DNA of 64,000 nucleotides from Laspinema sp. D2d (GTDB taxonomy: Bacteria; Cyanobacteriota; Cyanobacteriia; Cyanobacteriales; Laspinemataceae). The stretch spans positions 81,505 through 145,504 of the forward strand of contig NZ_JAMXFC010000004.1 of the NCBI RefSeq assembly GCF_025370755.1, in the 5' to 3' direction. Each line of letters starts with the position of its first letter. Position 1 is the first letter of the stretch. Shown piece by piece: positions 58,977 through 64,000 of the stretch. The position numbers and the translations under genes were made by a program. The notes beneath the pieces are model-generated. The model worked only from the letters and a program-made list of their open reading frames with translations, did no database searches and was not told the DNA's origin.

Positions 58977-60536
58977 CTACTCCCGTTCCAAAATTCTGAC
59001 CATGCCTTTAGCACTACCACTAACGAGCAGTTGTCCATTGGGACTGTAAACTAAGGACATCACGGCCCCACTTTCTTCGGTCAATGCACAGACTAATTTA
59101 CCTGTCGGTAAATGCCAGATTTTGACCGTACCATCGGCGCTGCCTGTGGCGAAGGTGTTCCCATCTGGGGCGAGGGCGACGGCGGTGACGGGTCCTAAAT
59201 GGGCACTCAGACTCCATAGCAGTTCTCCCGTTTCCAAATTCCACAGTTGAATACTGCCATCGCCACTGCCACCGATGAGAAGTTGTTGGGGGGAGATAGC
59301 GATCGCTTCTACCGCCTCTAAACTGCCATTGAGGACCGACATGGGCTGTTTGGTTTGGAACTGCCAGAGAGTAATGGTGCCATCCCCACCGCCTCGGGCG
59401 AGAATTTGACCATCGGGGGAAATGGCGAGGGAAAAGATGGGTCCGGTATAGTCCGTGAGGGTATCGATTAATTCCGCGTTGGACAAATCCCACAATTTAA
59501 TTGTCTCGTCAAAACTGCCACTGACGAGGGTTTTGCCATCGGGGGCGATCGCCAAGGCGCGAACGGAACCCCCATGTCCCGTGAGGGTTTGTTTACACAT
59601 TCCCCCGGGGAGTTCCCAAAGTTTGATGGTTTTATCCCAACTGGCAGAGGCGAGGGTTTTGCCGTCGGGGGCGATCGCAATGGAAAAGACCCCCCGTTTG
59701 TGTTCGGCGAGGACTTGCAACAGTTCGCCGGTGGTGAGGTTCCACAGTTTAATACTGGTATCAAAACTGCCCGTTGCCAAAATTTGTCCATCGGGGGTAA
59801 TCCCTAGCGATCGCACCCAATCCGCATGGGCGGGCAAACTATGCCGACAGATCCAATTCTGTACCGTGGGTTCCGAGGGTGAGGCAAAGGAGGGGAGGAC
59901 GATTTTCGAGGAGGGCGGTTTAGATTTGGCGGGTTCCGGTGTTGCCGCTTCCGGTTGAGGGCGAGGGGGGGGTGAGGGGGCCACAATTTGCGAGGTCAAT
60001 TGCGAAATCGTCTCCTCCACTCGTTCTAAGCGATAGGCAAAGGATGAGCGATTCAGATAGGCGATCGCATTGCCCAGACTTTCATCTAACAGGGCATATT
60101 GCTCTTTCAATCCCGTGATTTCTCCCTGAATTTGGGACAGATCAACGGATTCTAACTTCGCCAATCGGGTTTGAAACTGGGGGAGTTCCTCCGGGGATCC
60201 GGTAGCGGAGGGGGGAGGAGAGCCTTCCTCTACTTTGACTTGAGGGAGGGGAAATTGCTTCTGTGCTTCCACTCGTTGGGTGAGCATTTCCAGTTCTTCC
60301 GCCCATTGTCGATGCAGTCGATTGGTTGTTCCACTCATCCGCCGCGTTTGGTGTTCCACGCGATACCGGGCGATCGCATTCAGAATCAGGGAACTGCAAA
60401 TCAAAGGGGCGGCTACATAAATAGCCCCATTAAAAAAGACTGCCACTATCGACGCCACCACCGACGCGAACAAGGAAGCATATTCTGTGGTTTCTAGCCA
60501 ATGACGGTGATTTGACATGGAGTCCTTCCCACCCAC
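58977..60536 (-). CDS. Membrane-anchored WD40-repeat protein (two TM segments, coiled-coil, Pro-rich linker, 7 WD40 repeats).
   Basis: Repeated GH...WD blocks (SFDTSIKLWNL, SWDKTIKLWEL, SFDETIKLWDL, DGTVKIWHL). Hydrophobic N-terminal segments. Confidence 0.85.
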   Translation of the reverse strand: MGGKDSMSNHRHWLETTEYASLFASVVASIVAVFFNGAIYVAAPLICSSLILNAIARYRVEHQTRRMSGTTNRLHRQWAEELEMLTQRVEAQKQFPLPQVKVEEGSPPPSATGSPEELPQFQTRLAKLESVDLSQIQGEITGLKEQYALLDESLGNAIAYLNRSSFAYRLERVEETISQLTSQIVAPSPPPRPQPEAATPEPAKSKPPSSKIVLPSFASPSEPTVQNWICRHSLPAHADWVRSLGITPDGQILATGSFDTSIKLWNLTTGELLQVLAEHKRGVFSIAIAPDGKTLASASWDKTIKLWELPGGMCKQTLTGHGGSVRALAIAPDGKTLVSGSFDETIKLWDLSNAELIDTLTDYTGPIFSLAISPDGQILARGGGDGTITLWQFQTKQPMSVLNGSLEAVEAIAISPQQLLIGGSGDGSIQLWNLETGELLWSLSAHLGPVTAVALAPDGNTFATGSADGTVKIWHLPTGKLVCALTEESGAVMSLVYSPNGQLLVSGSAKGMVRILERE

Positions 60537-60815
60537 CGGAGCCTATATTACATTCCCATTTTATCAAAAATCCACCTTATCTTTCCATTTTATGGAGAAA
60601 TGTTGATATAAGGGGGATAAAAATTTTTCAGTCAAACCCGACACAATTGCTGCGGAATTACCCAAAATTTTGTGATTTAGATTAACAAGGATTCCTCTAC
60701 TTTCAACCCTGAGCATTTCAGCCTTAAAAAGGGAGGAAAAAAATTAACTCAGGCTTTAATCAATTCGATTTTTAGAGTTTGGCCCAGTCAGGCTTGATTC
60801 AATCTGCTGTGACCC

Positions 60816-60850
60816 CGAAAAATCCCCACCCTGAAAGCAGTGGGGTGGGG
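60816..60850 (-). terminator. Intrinsic terminator downstream of mgtE (minus strand).
   Basis: ccccaccc-(11 nt)-gggtgggg preceded on the plus strand by gaaaaat, which gives a U-tract on the minus strand. Confidence 0.6.
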
Positions 60851-60854
60851 AAGA

Positions 60855-62255
60855 TTACAATCCGAGAAATAGCCTCGCAATATTAAAGTAAATGAGAACG
60901 CCCAAAACATCGACGGCAGTTGTAATAAACGGTGCTGACATCAGGGCGGGATCTAACTTGATGGCGCGGAATAAAAACGGCAGGGCTGAACCGGATACCG
61001 AGGCCAAAATTGAAATCGCGATTAAAGAGATGCCGACACAGAAGGCGACCTGAAGATTAACTTGCAAGAGGAAATAAGCCCAAATGGTGGCGAGGGTTCC
61101 CAAAATTGTTCCCAGTAATGCACCGGCAATTCCTTCTCGCCAGATGACTTTGAGCGGTCCGAGTAAGCGAATTTCATCCGTATTCATCCCCCGAATTACT
61201 ACAGTGGAAGATTGTGCACCGACATTCCCTCCAGTCCCGGTGAGTAGGGGGATAAAGGCGGTGAGTACGACGACTTGCTGCAATAAGTCTTTTTGGGAAT
61301 TAATAATGGATCCGGTGACGGTATTGGTAAGCAATAAGACGAACAGCCACACGACACGGCGTCGCGCCACGGTCCATAAACTCATTTCAAAATAATTATC
61401 CCCATCGGACTGGACTCCACCCAAGGCATAAATATCCTCGGTGGTTTCCTGTTCCATAATGTCGATCGCATCATCGATGGTGATGACCCCGACTAAGCGT
61501 TGTTCGCGATCGACAACGGGGATCGCGAGGAAATCATAGCGCTGAATCAGGCGGGAGACTTCCTCGCCGTCGGTATCCGTATGGACGAATACGACATCCC
61601 GAGTCATGATTTCACTTATTTTTTCCTCGGGGGAACTAATTACCAAGTCTCGCAGGGAAACGATGCCGGTTAAGCGGCGTTCGCTATCCATGACATAGAG
61701 GTAATAAATAATTTCTGCTACCGGAGACAGGGTGCGAATCCGTTCCAGGGTTTGGCTAACGCTCATATTTTCCCGGACGGAAATATATTCCGGGGTCATG
61801 ATTCTCCCAGCGGTTCCGGATTCGTAGCCCATCAGCAGGGCGGTGGACTGCCATTCCGTGGGAGACAGTTGCGCCCGTAAACGGCGCACGACTTTCGAGG
61901 GCAACTCATCCAGCAGTCGGGCGCGATCGTCGGGGGACATATTGCCAATGATATCCAGGACATCTTGGCGCTTGAAGTCTTCTAAAAGCACCTGTTGGAC
62001 GCTGGTATCGAGGTGTTCATAAACTTCCGTTGCTTCCTGTTTGGAGAGCAAGCGAAAGGCGATCGCCTGCATGGCTTCGGGCATTCCTTCGATCGCTTCG
62101 GCGATATCCACAGGTTGAACTGGGACTAAAATCGCTTTAGCCCCCTGGAGGTCCCCCTGTCTAAGCAGGGCTTCCAGTTGCGATCGCACTAAGTCAGGTA
62201 TTTCTCTCCGCGACAGGGTCCCGAGGGGAGAGGATATCGGTTGAGGTTCAGTCAC
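60855..62255 (-). CDS. mgtE: Magnesium transporter MgtE (N-domain, tandem CBS, 5-TM channel).
   Basis: DIAEAIEGMPE, CBS pair, TDTDGEEVSRLIQRYDFLAIPVVD, C-terminal TM domain with a GGNVGAQSST-like pore motif. Confidence 0.9.
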   Translation of the reverse strand: MTEPQPISSPLGTLSRREIPDLVRSQLEALLRQGDLQGAKAILVPVQPVDIAEAIEGMPEAMQAIAFRLLSKQEATEVYEHLDTSVQQVLLEDFKRQDVLDIIGNMSPDDRARLLDELPSKVVRRLRAQLSPTEWQSTALLMGYESGTAGRIMTPEYISVRENMSVSQTLERIRTLSPVAEIIYYLYVMDSERRLTGIVSLRDLVISSPEEKISEIMTRDVVFVHTDTDGEEVSRLIQRYDFLAIPVVDREQRLVGVITIDDAIDIMEQETTEDIYALGGVQSDGDNYFEMSLWTVARRRVVWLFVLLLTNTVTGSIINSQKDLLQQVVVLTAFIPLLTGTGGNVGAQSSTVVIRGMNTDEIRLLGPLKVIWREGIAGALLGTILGTLATIWAYFLLQVNLQVAFCVGISLIAISILASVSGSALPFLFRAIKLDPALMSAPFITTAVDVLGVLIYFNIARLFLGL

Positions 62256-62370
62256 GTTAAACTCCCTGGATCCAGTCCGATCACTATTCTATACAATTGA
62301 GGGGGACAAGAACTCGTCACCCCAGGCGAAACCGGGCGCGTCGAACGGGATCTCTCCAGTGGTTTCCCAG

Positions 62371-63774
62371 TCACTCCGCACCTCCCAAAAGCTGCTGTGC
62401 CACCGTTAAATAAATTAACACCCCCAGGACATCCACAGCGGTGGTAATAAAGGGCGCTGACATTAAGGCGGGGTCCAATCCCACCCGATAGAATAAAAAC
62501 GGCAAGGCGGACCCGGCGAAGGAGGCGAGAATCGTAATCGCCAGCAAACTCACCCCCACGGAAATAGCAACCAGCAGATTTCCGGCCAGGAAATAAGCCC
62601 AAATTGTGACAACAATGGAGAGCATTACTCCTAATAATCCCCCGGCAATGGTCTCCCGTCCAATCGTTATCCAGGCTTTTCCTTCCCGAATTGCATTGAT
62701 ATTTAATCCTCGAATTACCACGGTGGAAGACTGTGCACCGACGTTTCCCCCAGTATCAATTAATAAGGGAATAAATGCGGCCAGTGCGACGACTTGTTCG
62801 AGAATATCTTCTCGGGCGCGAATCACTGCCGAAGTGGCTGTATTTGTGATTAATAAAATTAACAACCAACCCACCCGTTTGCGCGCCACGGTAAATACGT
62901 TGGTTTGAAAATAGTTTTCTCCCCCGCTTGCCACCCCACCAAGGGCATAAATATCTTCCGTGGTTTCCGCTTCCACCACATCCATGACATCATCCACGGT
63001 GATAATGCCCACGAGACGTTGTTCGCTATCAACCACAGGTAAGGCTAGAAAATCATAGCGCTGAATTAATCGGGCGGCTTCTTCGCGATCGGTTTCCGTG
63101 GAAATAAAAACGGGTTCTCGCCGGGTAATTTCTGATAGAAGTTGTGCGGGTTTGGAAACCACTAAATCTCGCAGAGAAATCGTGCCAATTAAGTGCCGAG
63201 AGGCATCAATCACGTACAGATAATAAATGATTTCACTAACATTGGCTAAATTTCTAATCCGCTCTAGGGCTTGGGCGACGGTGATATTTTCTTTGACCGC
63301 GATATATTCCGGGGTCATCATTCTCCCGGCACTATCAGGGGGATAGCCTAAGAGCAAGGAGGTGGTTTGACGTTCTTGGGGACTGAGTTGTTCGAGGATG
63401 CGCTTGACGACTTTTGCGGGCAATTCATCGAACAATCGGGCGCGGGCATCCGGGGACATTTTATCAACAATATCCAGAACATCCTGACGTTTAAATTCTT
63501 CGATTAAGGCATATTGAATACTAGAATCCAGATATTCATAAACCTCGATCGCCTCTTCTTTGGATAATAAGCGAAAGGCGATCGCTTGCATGGTTTGGGG
63601 TAATCCTTCAATCGCCTCGGCGATATCTGCGGGTTGGACGGGAATGAGTAATGCTTTTGCTCCGGGTAGGTTATTTTGTTCAAGTAAGGCTTGCAATTGC
63701 GATCGCACGAGTTGGCGTAATGCGTCTCGGGTCGTCGGCGGGACGGACGGCAATTCAGTATTATTATCACTCAT
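62371..63774 (-). CDS. mgtE: Second MgtE paralog in tandem.
   Basis: Same architecture. Roughly 55-60% identical to the downstream copy by eye (ADIAEAIEGLPQTMQAIAFRLLSK vs DIAEAIEGMPEAMQAIAFRLLSK). Confidence 0.9.
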   Translation of the reverse strand: MSDNNTELPSVPPTTRDALRQLVRSQLQALLEQNNLPGAKALLIPVQPADIAEAIEGLPQTMQAIAFRLLSKEEAIEVYEYLDSSIQYALIEEFKRQDVLDIVDKMSPDARARLFDELPAKVVKRILEQLSPQERQTTSLLLGYPPDSAGRMMTPEYIAVKENITVAQALERIRNLANVSEIIYYLYVIDASRHLIGTISLRDLVVSKPAQLLSEITRREPVFISTETDREEAARLIQRYDFLALPVVDSEQRLVGIITVDDVMDVVEAETTEDIYALGGVASGGENYFQTNVFTVARKRVGWLLILLITNTATSAVIRAREDILEQVVALAAFIPLLIDTGGNVGAQSSTVVIRGLNINAIREGKAWITIGRETIAGGLLGVMLSIVVTIWAYFLAGNLLVAISVGVSLLAITILASFAGSALPFLFYRVGLDPALMSAPFITTAVDVLGVLIYLTVAQQLLGGAE

Positions 63775-64000
63775 GAGCCACTCTCTAATCGGTTCTATAG
63801 TTCCGAGTGTGGTTGGGGTTTTTTCCCCAATCGATAGGGTCTAATGCAGGCGAAATCAGGCAACAGAATCTCGAAATTTGTTGCGATCGCGGTGGCAAAA
63901 TTCCCATTCATGATAGTCCCAAGCGCATCGAGTTCGCGGTTGACCAATGATTTGATTTCCATTGGCGATCGCGACCCAAAACGCTAACCAAAATCAGCAA

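Noticed and set aside
59098-59986. Several ORFs of 60-167 aa on both strands within 59098-59986.
   Set aside because: They lie inside the WD40-repeat gene. Repetitive GC-rich coding creates open alternative frames.
62252-62602. ORF 62252..62602 on the minus strand (116 aa) spanning the mgtE-mgtE spacer.
   Set aside because: It overlaps the 3' end of the upstream mgtE in another frame. It has no ribosome-binding site and its composition is Gly/Arg-rich.

Overview
This 64 kb window looks like a cyanobacterial chromosome segment. The 8-mer GCGATCGC (HIP1, the Highly Iterated Palindrome of cyanobacterial genomes) recurs throughout. Other cyanobacterial markers are a GroEL with a C-terminal GGM-repeat tail behind a perfect CIRCE operator, an acyl-lipid delta-6 desaturase (DesD-like), an Anacystis-type CPD photolyase, and a DnaB helicase split by a 429-aa intein of the Synechocystis DnaB type. 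I call about 37 protein genes. No rRNA, tRNA, CRISPR array, transposase or prophage gene was recognisable by eye. Housekeeping genes (groEL, glpK, dusA, folK, purD, rplI-dnaB, mrdA-like PBP, two mgtE) are mixed with many sensor kinases. Three of these kinases share one paralogous HisKA/HATPase core but carry different input modules: a periplasmic/HAMP sensor, an amino-acid-permease-like membrane domain plus PAS, and a Ser/Thr kinase-AAA-TPR-GAF array. The left edge holds two tandem paralogs of a large secreted protein (DUF4347, parallel beta-helix, RTX repeats) that share a near-identical ~180 bp tract. Candidates for undescribed biology are listed here. The first is an orphan sensor kinase whose stop codon overlaps a tight cassette of PD-(D/E)xK-like, unknown and NADAR genes (19079-22699). 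The second is a P-loop kinase-HTH-WYL-WCX fusion protein (25934-27973). The third is a NUDIX plus ADP-ribosylglycohydrolase pair (29677-31146). The fourth is an APC-permease-like sensor fused to a histidine kinase (39115-42030). The fifth is a thioester-less alpha-2-macroglobulin lipoprotein downstream of a class B PBP. All functional calls rest on motifs recognised by eye and recalled family signatures. No database search was run.
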